NCBI GenBank assembly: GCA_043228905.1
Contig: JBHGNT010000002.1
Location: forward strand, 10,478,001-10,542,000
Length of the DNA stretch: 64,000 nt
Direction: 5' to 3'
Source: Azolla caroliniana
Taxonomy: Eukaryota > Plantae > Polypodiophyta
A model generated the notes under the pieces. That model had not been told where the DNA came from, ran no database searches, and was given only the letters and a program-made list of their open reading frames with translations. The position numbers were made by a program, and so were the translations under genes. Shown here in pieces: positions 10,971 to 24,215 of the stretch; the stretch's first letter is position 1; every line of letters starts with the position of its first letter.

Positions 10971-13900
10971 ATGGCCTTTTCCACGAATGTTGCAGCTGCT
11001 CCACTGTGAATTTGTCCACCTCCATTGTTTGATGGAAAGCTAGATGGAACCAACTACACTCTATGGAAGTTCAAAATGTCTGCCATTTGGGATTCCTACG
11101 AGTTGTTGGAGACAATCATGGGACCCACAGGAGGAGACCCTTAGCCCATGGTGACCTTTGAACCTGCACACCCTACCACATCAATCCCTCCAAATGTTGA
11201 TCTACTTTGAGCCTGGAAGAGAAGGAATGTTGATGCGTTGTGTACCATAGTCACTAGTGTATGTGACTCTGTACTAACATTAGTGCAACATACAACCAGG
11301 GCACATGAAGCTTGGAGCATATTGGCTAGCCAGTATGAAACCAGAAACTATACAAGGATACAAAACCTCGAAAATCAGCTTGTTGTAGAGAAGCTTGTTG
11401 ATGGAGAGAAAGTAGAATCCTTTGTAAAAAGGATTAAGGATATTCAAGATCAGCTGGCAATTGTTGGAGTAGTTGTCTCTCCAGAGGATATGGCTCGTTG
11501 GTGCATTGGAGTACTTCCTTCCAAGTATGATGGCATTGTGACAACATTGAACACTCAGGTTCGACCCACTCCTTTAAAATTTGATGAACTAAGTGCAATG
11601 TTGCTTGAAGAGGAGCTTCGACTGAAGACAAGAGAAGGAAGGGAAGATTCGGCATTTGTCTCTAGGACTAAGGGTAAAGGGGCATCCAATTCAAAAAATG
11701 CGAATAGGATACCAAAGAAGTTGAACTTCAATGGATCGTGTTTCTACTGTGACAAGAAGGGTCACACAATCAAGGATTGTCGGACGAAGATGGCGGATGA
11801 GAAGAATGGTTCTAGTAAGACTTCTTGGAGAGAGCCCGAGTCCGCCAACAATGTCATAGATGAGCTTGAGTTATGGGCTGCAATTGAAGAAGTGTGTTCT
11901 TCAGTTGACACTCAAGTTGTCGATGATTCTTGGATTCTCGATAGTGGAGCATCCCGACATATGACCAGTAATCGTGACTAGTACAACTCTTGGACACCTC
12001 TACAAGAGCCCATCAATGTTGTGGTCGGGCACAATGCTCAATGTCCAGCCAAAGGAACCGGAACCATCTCCCTCAAAGCAACGACCGGTGGGACAAAGCA
12101 TCTCTCTCAAGTGTTGTACGGGCTAGATCTCAAGAAGAATCTATTGTCCATTTCTACACTGACTGACAAGGGTCTTGATGTTCGATTCAAGAAGTCGGGT
12201 GCAAAAATAACTGATTCTGCTGGCAATGTTGTAGGAATAGGGGTAAGGCGCAACAATCTCTATGAGCTGAGTGCATTTACAATTTCTACTGACCACAACA
12301 CAAGTATTAACACAAAGCAATGGCATGAGAGATTTGGGCATCTCAATGTTGCTGTGTTGAAGGAGATGAAGAAATCGAATATGGTAGTTGGGTTGCCAAC
12401 TCTATCCGACTTAAGTCATGTTTGTGATGCTTGTATGATGGGCAAGCATCAAAGATCAACCATTCCAAAAGAGAGTCAAAATCAGACAAAGACTCCTCTA
12501 CAGCTAATACACATTGACCTCTCGGGAAAAATGGTGACTCCTGCAATGGGTGGATCTCTCTACTATATGCTAGTAGTCGATGACTTCAGTAGAAAGATGT
12601 GGGTTTACTTCGTTCGGGAGAAGGCTGAAGCTTTTAAAATCTTCAAAAGATGGCATAAGTTTGTCGAGTGGAGTCCGGAAAGTTAGTGAAGGAGTTACGC
12701 TCTGATCGAGGTGGAGAATTCTTATCAATAGAATTTTGTGTGTATTGCAAAGAGCATGGAATTAAGTGCCAACTTACAACTGCCTACACCCCACAACAAA
12801 ATGGCGTTATTGAACGTCGAAACGGAACAATTGTCGAGATGTCTAGGTGTATGTTGAAGGCACAAGTGTGGCCCGACCCATTCAGGACTGAAGTAGTGAA
12901 TACAACAGTTTACATCCTCAATCGGAGGTACACGAAGGCACTTCAAGGGAAAACACCCCAAGAAGCTTATTCAGGCAAGAAACCTTCAGAACCTTTGGGT
13001 GTACGTGCTACGCACATGTTTCAGATGTGACCATAAAGAAGATGGATGCTAAAAGCAAGAAGTGTATCTTTCTCGGATATAGTGAAGAGTCAAAGGCCTA
13101 TCGACTCTACGATCCAGAGGCAAGAAAGCTATTGACAAGATGTGATGTGGTGTTCAATGAGGAACGACCACAACTAACTGAGAACAATGATTCTCAAGTT
13201 ATCTCATCAACCGAAGAAGTATTCCCCCCAATCCCAACCCACTGTCTAGAAAAGGAAGTTGAACCATCTGATGGTAATGGCTCGCTAGTTCAGCCTATGC
13301 CAGTGCCACATGTAAAGAAAATACCTAAGTGGTCTCAACAACTCTTCAATGACCGTACTCCTAAAGTTGAGTTTCTTGAAACTTCAACTGATGGATTACG
13401 AAGATCAAGAAGAACACAGGAGCAAGGGAGAACCTATGACCACATTATCAACATGGCTCTGATGGTGGACATCATAGGCTCAGTGAGGTAGCCAACCTCG
13501 GTGGAGGAAGCCATGGCCGACCCAAAGTGGAAAAAGGCGATGATATCAGAATATAATAGCATCATGAAAAATGACACGTGGGAGTTGGTAGAGAGGCCAA
13601 CAAAGAGGAAGGTGATAGGCACCAAGTGGGTGTGGAAAGTAAAGTATAAAGCTGATGGTTCTTTGGAGAAATTTAAGGCCAGGCTAGTAGCGCAAGGATA
13701 CTCCCAAATTGAAGGGTTCGATGTACAAGAAACATTTGCCCCGACAACTTGCATGACAACAATTCGAATGGTCATAGCGTTGGCTGCTTCAAGAGGATGG
13801 CCGATTTATCAAATGGATGTCAAATTGGCATTTCTAAATGGGCATCTCAATGTGGAGGTATACGTGACACAACCACCAGGGTTTGAGATGCCGAATTCAG

Positions 13901-14411
13901 AAAACAAAGTCTGCAAGTAGAAGAAGGCGTTGTATGGTCTAAAGCAAGCACCAAAAGCTTGGAACAAGAGGATAGACAACTTCTTACAATCAATCGACTT
14001 TAAGCAATGTGCTTCGGATGCAAGTATGTATGTCAAAATGAAGGATGGGAAACAATTCATCATCATCATTTACGTGGATGATCTAGTACTTACTAGTGAC
14101 CATGAAGAGTGTATTGGCCAAAGACAAGAGTGTTTGAAAACTGAGTTTGAAATGACAGACTTGGGGATTTTCCATTACTTCCTTGGAATTGAGGTTTAGC
14201 AAACCTCGGTTGGCATCTTCATGTCACAAAGAAAGTATGCAACAGAGATCTTGAAGACCTTTGGGATGATGGACAGCAAGTCGAAGTCGACTCCAATGGA
14301 GTCAAACTGCAAGCTATCCCAAGAAGACCCGTCACCGATGGTTGTCATAAGGAAGTATAGACAGCTAGTAGGAAGTCTAATTTTCCTATGCAACACTAGG
14401 CCGGATATTTG
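10971..14411 (+). pseudogene. Copia A gag-PR-INT-RT, degraded by stops and frameshifts
   Basis: CFYCDKKGHTIKDC zinc knuckle, WILDSGAS protease, WHERFGH/CDAC, LRSDRGGEF and TPQQNG integrase, KARLVAQGY, QMDVK.AFL, YGLKQAP, YVDD. Confidence 0.95.
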
Positions 14412-14516
14412 TGTTAAGAATTAGGTAAGTAATTAAGAAAGGATTAATTAGTACCTAATTATGTGATTAAGTTAAGCGGAGATTATGTGATATGTGTGTG
14501 TATGTGTGTGAGAGGA

Positions 14517-14547
<31 letters not shown>

Positions 14548-17500
14548 TACACTTATGAACAACACAAGATGAGGGATGAGTAACTATATTAAATTAGCAT
14601 TATCATCATCATCATCAACATCAAATACAAAAATACCTACAATGAGGTATATATAGATCTTATGTGCAAGGGTGCACATGTGTGAGGATCTACCTAACTA
14701 ACTAAACTAAGTTGAGCTTGATCTCTTAACACGCCCCCTCAAGCTCAAGTGTGAGGCGTCCGGCATCCGCTTTGACTTTTGTCGGCTTTGTGTGCTTCCG
14801 TCCGGCCTTCGGCTTTCTTCGCCGTGGCAATCTTGGTTCCTCCCCTTCAAGCCGGTGATGAAGGCTTGTAGTGTGTGGACGAAGGTCCACCCATCGTGGG
14901 TTATGAGCCGCTTCGGTGGAGCTCTTGGGCTCTTGTTCGGCGGCTACCTTCATCCCGAAGGTGTAATGATGGGCCATGTACTCGTTGTAGCCGTGCCGAG
15001 TGAAGGGGTTCTTAGCTCTAGATGAGTGTCAAAGTTTTTCACTCGCCGATGTGAGCGCCTTCTTTACTCCGGGTGTACGCATGATGGGTACACCGAACTC
15101 ACTGTCTAGTGAGGGAGCCGATCCATCTGAATCATTGTCGTTAGGGTGGTTGACTTCGTATTTAGGCATCTTACCTTTGCCTTTGTCCAAGTTCGTACTT
15201 AGCTGCGACGTGCTTGGGTCGCATGGGGGCTCTTGTGGCCCACTAGGCTTTGCCGTAATCGGACTTTCTTCGAACATGTGTTCGAAGGGATCTCTATCTT
15301 CTACCTCTTGTTCAGCGGATTCCAGGTCAAGCAGAGTCGGAGTCGAAGTTGTCTCTAGTGTGTACCAGGATGCAGACTCATCGAAGACTACGTCTCGACT
15401 TACCAGAACCGCTCGGGTAGAAGGGTTGTAGCACTTGTATGCCTTCTTCTTGGACGAGTATCCTATGAGGATACATTCCTCTGATTTCGTGTCGGGCTTT
15501 TGTCGTTTTTCATTCGGGATGCGTACATTCGCAATGCTTCTGAACACCTTGAGGTGCGATAGGATCAACTTCCTTCTGACGAGGAGCTCGTAGGGAGTTA
15601 GCTCATGAACTCCATTAGTGGTGCACAGGTTCATGAGATAGACGGCCGTGGATGCCGCTTCGGCCCAATAGAAATTCAGCATGTGCTTCTCATGCATCAT
15701 GGCGCGTGCTACCTCGAGTATTTGCCGATTCTTCCTTTCGGCTACTCCATTTTGTTGGGGTGTGTGTCGGCAGGAGAATGCTCTTCGAATGCCTTCACTT
15801 TGGAGGTAGGAGGTGAATTCATCGGAGAAGTACTCCTTGCCTCCATCCGATTGTAGGGCATCGAATATGTTGATAGGTTTCTTTTTTGACTTGCCCCTTG
15901 AGCTTTTGGAAGTGGGAGAACACTTCGTTCTTCTTCTTCATCGGGTAGATCCACGCATAGCGTGAGTAGTCGTTGATGAAGGTTACTTTGTCGCGGAAAT
16001 CCGCGCGGATGCGTAGAAATGGGGAAGGACCACGGGGGTCTTGAACCAAGGAATCAGGGAAGTGAGGGGGGAAGAGTCCGTGCTTCGTGTAGGCACCGAG
16101 ACCACAGGTAAACAGAGAACTGTAGTGAAAGAGAGAGAGAGAGAAAGAGAGTTGTGTGTAGCCACGGACACCCACACAGACAGACAGACATAGACGCGGT
16201 GAACAACTTGTATTAAGTAGATAGGGTTATATTAATCAAAACGCGCGCATAGCGCGGTAAACGATTACAACCGGATCGGAGCCAGTGATGGAGTGTAGAG
16301 CTCATCTACTCCTCTTCTTCTCCTCTTCCTTTTTCTCCCTAAAACAGTCTGAGGCCGCCCCTTTATTGCGCAAGGAGTGACCGTTACAAAGCCTTTAAGA
16401 CCTGTCACTATACTCCCTAGATTCTCTCTTCGATTCGCTCTCCTCGAAACTCTTCCCCCCTACGCGAGGTCGGAACTCCTATTAATGGTCTAACTACCTA
16501 GCATCCCTCATCCTACCAATACCTAGTATTTACATAGTTTAAATCAGCAGGGATGTGCACTCGTGCACACCCGTGTTCCCGTGTGTTTCACACTGTTTCC
16601 TCCTATGGCCCGGAATCTTCACGACATCCACCCCCACCAAACCGCACATCCTCCGGTATGTGCTGGATAGCGAATTTAGTGAGGGATTCCGAGGCCATCT
16701 GCTACTTGTCCTCCCCTCTGAACTACTCCTTTTGGCTCCCATCGCTAGGTTTGGTTCCGCCTCTTGAAGGCTTTTATCCGCTTCCCGGCCACTGGTGTTG
16801 TCATTCGAGTCCCGTCGAGCTCCGCGAGATGATACGTTGCGTTGTCGTTGACGCTGATTACCGCATATGGCCCGAACCACCTTTTTGCGAACTTACGCGT
16901 AGACCGATGCTGGTTGTCAAGGCTATTGTTCTAAACTAATACCCAATCGCCTTCCTCAATCTTCTTCGGCCGGAGCCGGTGTGTTCGGTCGAACTTGGTC
17001 TTTTTCCGGATTCTCGCTTCTTTCACCCTTGTTGTGGCCCGTTCCACGTCTTCCGACCTTCGCTCGAGTTGTCGGATGCGTGCTCCCATCAACTCTTCTC
17101 GCCTCATTTCATTAGCCCAATCGAGCGTCATTCAGGAGGCGATCGTCCGCTCCATTGGCATGATGGGTTTCTATCCATACATAAGTTCCGTCGGCATGTA
17201 CCCTATCACTGATATGTGGGTAGTCCTATCCGCCCATAGCGCGTAAGGGAGCAACCTCGGCCAGTCGTCGACTCGTCCTTCGCACATGCGCACAATGGCC
17301 TTTACGATTGGACCGTGGCCTTGCTCAACCTTTCCATTTGCTTTCGGGTTGTACGTTGTTGTGAGGGACAGTTTTACGCCTAACCGGTCGAACAATTCCT
17401 CGGCCTCCTCCGCATCTAGCTCCCCTCGGTCCGCCACAATCTTTCCTACGCACTTGTATCGGCATATGACATCCTCAATCAGAAACTTGCACACCGACGC

Positions 17501-18559
17501 GGTGTTCTTGTTTGTCAGTGCTCGGCCCTCCACCTGGTTCGTTAGGTCTTCCCTTGCCAGCCCAGGTATCGCTTCTGGCCTTCTCCCATCGGCATCGTCA
17601 CTAAGTCGACCATCCACTTGAAGTGCATGGCTGGTGGGTATGTTGGGTGTAGTTTGTCACGGTGTCGAACCACCGAGTGCATCTAGCAGCTTTCGCACAT
17701 TGACACGAAGTCGTGCACGCTCTTATATATGCCCGGCCACCAGTATTTCCCCTTTAGCTTCTCAAACGTGGCCCATGTACCCTGGTGCCCGGCCCAAGGG
17801 CTTTTGTGGAATTCTGACATTAGTCTCCCTTGATCCTCCGCCCGCACTATTACCCGGAGCGACGCATCATTTCGCCTATTCGGGAGCCTCCAAATTTTCC
17901 TGTTCTGCAGGAAGTACTTGTATGCCTTTTTCCGGAGTTGACTTGCTTCTTCCCTAGACATCGAGGCGTCCATCATCATCGTTCTCAGGAATCTCCCGAT
18001 TAGAAGCCACTCCCCGTCGTAGTCATCCTCATTGAACTCGTTCAGGGGCAGAGTGTTGTGCCTCTTTACCTTCGTCCTCGCCGATTTGAAGAAGTCTGCG
18101 CCGACTTCTTCGTCTTTTGATACCATGCCATCCTCGTTCTCGAACCTCGCTCTAGAAAGCATATCGGCCATGGCGTTATCTTTTCCTGAGATGTGTCGTA
18201 TCTCTAGGTTCAGGGACTTGACGTACGCAATCCACTTGAGCATGGTCATGTCGGGAGTTGCGCATCCGGAGACCATACCAAGAATCGGCAAGTAGTCTGT
18301 TTCTATGATTACTTCTGTCCCGATCAAGTAGTCCATGTCCCCGGGGGCTTCACTGTTGAAACTTGTACGATAGCACGTGAGTTCATCAAAAGGGGTTTAA
18401 ATGAGCCATTCAGGTACAGAATGTATATATATAAGGGTATTAATAAATATTTGAAATATATATTTAGATAAGGGTATTATCAATTATGCTAGAAAAAAAA
18501 TTACATAAGCCCATGAAATATTAAATATTTTAATGAGATAATAAACAAGTATTATGCAA

Positions 18560-18866
18560 ACAATACTCAAATTTGGAGTAGCATATATACATATACTCTT
18601 TCATACATACATACATACATATACATGCATGCATGCATATGTACCTATATTCAAACATTACATCCATGAATATGTATATACATACATTACACCGATTTAT
18701 ACATGCATACTTGACTAAACGTAAATATATGTACAAATATATATTACCATGTGTAACTATTTACATACACATACATAAATACATTGCATACTACATATAT
18801 AAATACATGCATACATACATACATATGTATGTATGTATGCATGTATGTATAATTAGCCATATATAT

Positions 18867-18940
<74 letters not shown>

Positions 18941-19884
18941 TACACATTCTTACAAACATATTTTATATAGTACATATTACACACATATATCATTATACAC
19001 ACAATTATATGCAACTGCATATATGTATACATACCAAACACAAAAAATATACTCAAATAAATCAATTACATATTATATATATATACATACACATACATAT
19101 TAATACATAAGATTATATATTATTTTATATGTCTTACAAAATTTCACACATACAAACAAGTTACATATATTATATATGTATATATACACACAAACACACA
19201 CACACATAAATAAATTAGATATTAGATATCATATAGTCCATACATATTACACAATAAACAAATTTACATACACATACATACATACATTACATATATACAT
19301 ACATAGATATATTACATATAGATATACATATTCCACATATCACCATATATATAGATTATACGAAACCATGCAAACTACATTACTTACATATATACACACA
19401 CATTAGATATATGTATACTTACACATACATCAGATATATACATGCATATTACATACATACATCCATATACGAGCCCCAAAAATATACATACATAAATACA
19501 TTATACACATACATACATTCATACATGTACATACATATCACCATATACACACATATATATATGCATACATACATTAAATATATACATACATATTACAAAC
19601 ACACATCCATGCACATTGACATATGTATATATGCACATACACATACATACATTACATATGTTACTATGTACATACATATTCCACATATATACATACATAT
19701 TACAAACACACATGCATGCACATTGACATATGCATATATGCACACACATTTAGACATTACATATGTACATACATATTACATATATATACATGCAATATAC
19801 ATACACGCACATTGGATGTATGTATACTTACACATACATTGGACATATACATATATATTATATGTATATTGCAAACATACATCC
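18560..19884. repeat. (TA)n/(TACA)n-rich low-complexity tract of transposon F, left part
   Basis: Direct inspection; continues at 33429-35030 beyond LINE G. Confidence 0.9.
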
Positions 19885-20025
19885 TTTTTTTTTTTTTCCG
19901 GAAAAATATCCTTTCATTAGTTATGAACAACATTACAAAAAATTGACCTACCATCAAGCTACCATTGATCTGGTGCATTCTTCCTTAGGTCCCATCCCTC
20001 AACACTCCACCACTCCTTAACCAAG

Positions 20026-21317
20026 TTATGTGATTGGTGGTGGGAACAACCATACTGGTGGCGCTAAGCACCATTTAGGTCTTGAATTTTGTATTGTGAG
20101 AAAAGGGGTCTTCTTCCAATAGACAATAAATTCGAGACGTTGCAACACTGCAACATCTGTCTCACCTTTAATATCCTCATACTGTCCTTTCAAGGTATGT
20201 ACCATCTCCATCCAGACATTCCGTGTACTTTCCACTGGATGAATAGTAGTATTACCAAACACCTTAGAACACCTAGCAGTCCAAATAAACCACATTGTGG
20301 TGGTGCATAGTAGCTCCCATACCTCTTGCATTGTCTTTAACATGTAAGGAGCCTCCATTTGACTTTGTTGCACCGCCATTATCCTTCCTCTTTGAATTCT
20401 AATAATCGTGTCATTTGGGCATGCATCATATGGCCACACCACTTGTGCCACTGTGGCCCATACTACCATACCCCACGAAAAACTGCAATCCCTAAACATA
20501 AAGGCAAGAACTCGGAACACTCGCCTCCAAACTTGCTGTGCAGCATGACATTCCCACAAGCAATGTTTCAATGTCTCCATCTGACAACAACAATAGATGC
20601 ATGCGGTCGGTGCAGCTGATTGTTGCAACCATTGGCCAATTGGCAATGCTCTATGTATTACTAACCATTGGAAGACATTTATTTTCATATCTTGCTTTCT
20701 TTTCCATAATGTTCCCCAAAACTTTGTTAGGAATTCCGATGTGATCCCTTGGTGGTTCCAAAATTGACTAGCTCGTGGTGTAGTCCTACGTTGAGCTGCC
20801 AAAATGTGTCGTCCCATCTTAACTAAATACTGAAAAAAACCATACCTTTTTCCCATACGATCAAACGGATCTTTCCACCAAAATTCTCCCGGATCCCATT
20901 GCAACCTTATCAAAGGTTTCTTTTCAAAAACTCTCAGTTTCCAATGCTCCTTGACCGCCTCAACTTGTGGGTCGATGAGCCACTTAGATCCGTCATAAGC
21001 AAGGACCCTTATTTTAGAAAATGTAGCATATTGCAAGATCTCTGTTTGTATCGTTGCACTACTTATACTGCCATCTTCCTCCACCTCATAGTCTTGACAT
21101 CGTCCGCAAGACAAATGTCCCCTTACCCCCACTAGCACTTGAAGCCTCGTAAATGCTCCTTCCCACTTGGGAGGGTTAAAGGACCATATCGTAACGTCAG
21201 AGTGCCCCAAAACTGACTGCACTTGGTCCCACATAATCAGCCCCCCTCTCAAGGAAGACAAGAATTCTGATCTGTCATTTATATTCAGAGTATGAAATGA
21301 TTTCCATGCATCAACGG
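20026..21317 (-). CDS. LINE G ORF2p, 3' part (zf-RVT and C-terminus)
   Basis: In frame with the 5' part once Gypsy D and one ACGC copy are removed (..VGPGA|SVDAWKSF..); CIYC...ETLKHCLWEC. Confidence 0.9.
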
Positions 21318-22156
21318 ACGCTGTCGTAGTGTAGGTTGCACACTATGTGGAAATTATATTTTTGTCCCTCCGGATAGAGAATGGAGTGCTCGGTGAGAAC
21401 CGGAAGAAAACGGCATACCGGCAAGGAGGAAAAACGGCATACCGGCAAGGAGGAAAACGGCATACCGGCAAGGAAGAAAACGGCATACCGGCAAGGAAGA
21501 GCCGGATAAAGAGACATAAATGTAAAAAGAGAGGAAATACTCACAACTGCGCAGGGCGTGATTCAAACTCTGCACCTCCACGTTGACAAACCCCAACCTT
21601 ACCATTACATTAACTTATCTTAAGTGTTTTAAATATAGATTTAATACGTATAAGACCTTTATTTATGCATACCTTTATTAAAAGGTAAATCGTGTATTTT
21701 TTTAATATATGAAAAAGAAAAAACACGAGACACTAAAAAATATCTCATGCACATCTAGCGTGCATGAGCCCTATACTTAGGAAATAAAAAAGCATCACAT
21801 GCACATTTAGTGGACATGAACACTTTTTGTAAAAAAGCATGTAGCTATGCTTAGTCTCTCCCATCACTATATAAGGATGGGGAGCACATTGTAGTTGTTG
21901 TTGATTGTTTGGATTAAGAATTAATCAATACAAAATTTATTCGTGGGATTCACGATTTATACATCTACTTCTCTCTTAACACCCTAAGTACCAATTAATA
22001 TAGTATACTCGTGTGATTCACGAGTTTCTTATCTTTCTCTTTGCTATTTACTCATAATTAATCTCTATCTCACGAACTTCTTTCTCCTAGTCCAAGACCT
22101 CTGTGGTTCCCACCCGACTCACGCAACGATCCGGAGCCGAAAGGCACGACACAAGT

Positions 22157-22174
22157 TGGTGAACCCGACGTGAA
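22157..22174 (+). promoter_or_regulatory. Primer-binding site complementary to the tRNA-Trp 3' end
   Basis: TGGTGAACCCGACGTGAA, 5 nt after the 5' LTR; reverse complement matches the recalled plant tRNA-Trp end ...TTCACGTCGGGTTCACCA. Confidence 0.8.
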
Positions 22175-22190
22175 GACGGGTGGCAAGGAG

Positions 22191-24215
22191 ATGGAGGCTC
22201 AACAAGCTAACAATATGATGGCGATGTTCGAACGGATGCTTCAAGAACAACGCACGATGTCGGAGATTTCGGCATCAGTAGAGCGGCTCGTGCAACGCAA
22301 CGGGCAATTTAATGGTAAGGATGTGTCGCAATATTTGCAGGACTACAAGGCGGAGATGCTCCGGTGCCGGGCTTCGGAAGGACTGCAAGTGACATCCTTT
22401 AACCGGGTGGCGACCGACGGGCTTCAAGGGAGTATCCACGGGTTGCAACAACAAAATCCGACGTGGGAAGCATTCGAAGAGGCGTTAAAGACCACGTTTG
22501 CCATCGAGGACTCCTCCAAGGCAACGCGGAGGGGATTCGAGGATTGGGTGGAAACGTCAGGTAAGGGGCTGAAGGTCCTCGAAGTGTTTTCGACATTCGA
22601 AAGTCGGTTCGGGAGGTTGTCCGCGAGAGATCAAACTATTCTTGCACCGGACAAAGTCATCATGTTTTTGCGAGCTGTGGACGTCCGGGACCGGAAAGAT
22701 CTCGGAGTGCTTCTTGAGGACACGACCACCGAAAGCGGCCTCACCGAAACATGGGAAAGCGTGCGGGATATCGTCGCGCGGTACACGAAGAGGGGGCAAT
22801 GGCTTGCCAACGAAGAAAAGAGGGTTTCGGAACCGATTCCGAAACCGAGAACGGGACTGGAAGACCATCAACCGAGGGCTCGGGAGATTACGGCCGAGAA
22901 GGGAGTCGACGCGTCTACGGTGGAGCAGCTGCTGAAGGAGATGGAGAATCTAAAGATCGCGATGGTGAAGAAGTCGGATGACCGCCCCACAAGCTCCAAA
23001 TATACGGATCGACGGTGCATATGGTGCGATAGGAGGGATTGCGACGACCATAAGGAGGCGCTACGACGGGATCTCATCTACTACGAGGGAAACCGGATTC
23101 ATTCGATGGACTCTCGGAAGCCACTCCGACCGAACTTCCGGAAAGGCGGCATGAAGAAGGTGCTCGAGGAGGAGTTAGCGGCAAGAAGCAACTATGCGAC
23201 AACCGCGGGAATATGTGTCGGGGAGTCAACGGGAGCGAAGGCGTCTTTCTGGCCGGAGGTGCTAGGAAACACCGAGAAAACCGACTCCAACGATATCCGA
23301 AACACCGCGGAAGGCGTCCGGGAAGCTACAGGATGGGAGTGCCCTGTCGACAAGAATAGCATATACGCCCTGTGTCAATTACATGAGGCGTATGTGGACG
23401 AGAAACGACGGCGCACGGAGGATGCGGCCGGACCATCGAAGATACCGGAAAGCTGGAACTCCGGAGGTAAGGGAAAAGAAAAGGCGACTCCGGCATTCAA
23501 GCTCGCCTCGGACATAGAACAACAAACCGACTTGAAAAGAGTGTTCGAGGAAAGAATCTTGGATAGCCGGGTAGATTTTTCGCTGCGGGAACTACTCGGA
23601 ATAGCGAAGAAGGAGTTTCACGATCTTCTCGTGGATCTCGTGAAAAGGAAGAGACAAAGTACGGAGGAAAATGCTCCAAGGGTGAATGCAAATACCGTTT
23701 CAATGAACGACACCGAAGTGGAAGGCGAAATTCCGAACTCCCACTATACAAGGCCACACTGGGCACGTGCGACTACGGAGACTCCGGTCCGAATCGGCAA
23801 CATCAAAGAACCCGTGCTAGCATTGATTGATCACGGATCGGAGATCAACTTGATGTCCAAGGAGTTCTACCGAAAGGGGAAGTGGCCTATAAACACCAAC
23901 CATGGATGGAAGATTCGGGCAGCCACGAAAACGACAGAAGACCTATTTGCGGCTTGTCCGGATGTAACGGTAAAGATCGGGGATGTCGAAATTGACCAAA
24001 ATTTCTTTGTGCAGGATGAGGTTTCACATTCTGTCATCCTCGGCCAACCCTTTATCACGGCTTCACGGATGGAGACGAAGGTGCTCGATAGTGGTGCGGC
24101 TTTTGCGCGAATTCGGAGCCAAAACGGAGGGAAATCCGTCCAATTCCTAACGGTGCCGGCAAATCACGAAAGGAACAAGAGGGAACTCTTGTCCCAAGTG
24201 AGAATGGATTTTTAA
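22191..24215 (+). CDS. Gypsy D Gag + aspartic protease
   Basis: Long open frame; FNGKDVSQYL gag start, degenerate knuckle CIWCD..RDC, protease ALIDHGSEINL, VILGQPF; ends ...MDF*. Confidence 0.9.
   Translation: MEAQQANNMMAMFERMLQEQRTMSEISASVERLVQRNGQFNGKDVSQYLQDYKAEMLRCRASEGLQVTSFNRVATDGLQGSIHGLQQQNPTWEAFEEALKTTFAIEDSSKATRRGFEDWVETSGKGLKVLEVFSTFESRFGRLSARDQTILAPDKVIMFLRAVDVRDRKDLGVLLEDTTTESGLTETWESVRDIVARYTKRGQWLANEEKRVSEPIPKPRTGLEDHQPRAREITAEKGVDASTVEQLLKEMENLKIAMVKKSDDRPTSSKYTDRRCIWCDRRDCDDHKEALRRDLIYYEGNRIHSMDSRKPLRPNFRKGGMKKVLEEELAARSNYATTAGICVGESTGAKASFWPEVLGNTEKTDSNDIRNTAEGVREATGWECPVDKNSIYALCQLHEAYVDEKRRRTEDAAGPSKIPESWNSGGKGKEKATPAFKLASDIEQQTDLKRVFEERILDSRVDFSLRELLGIAKKEFHDLLVDLVKRKRQSTEENAPRVNANTVSMNDTEVEGEIPNSHYTRPHWARATTETPVRIGNIKEPVLALIDHGSEINLMSKEFYRKGKWPINTNHGWKIRAATKTTEDLFAACPDVTVKIGDVEIDQNFFVQDEVSHSVILGQPFITASRMETKVLDSGAAFARIRSQNGGKSVQFLTVPANHERNKRELLSQVRMDF

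Noticed and set aside
18530-20020. Many His/Ile/Tyr/Thr- or Cys/Val/Met-rich ORFs (also 33358-35216, 38125-38523, 62731-63139)
   Set aside because: Artefacts of (TA)/(CA)/(TACA) microsatellites, which lack stops in several frames.
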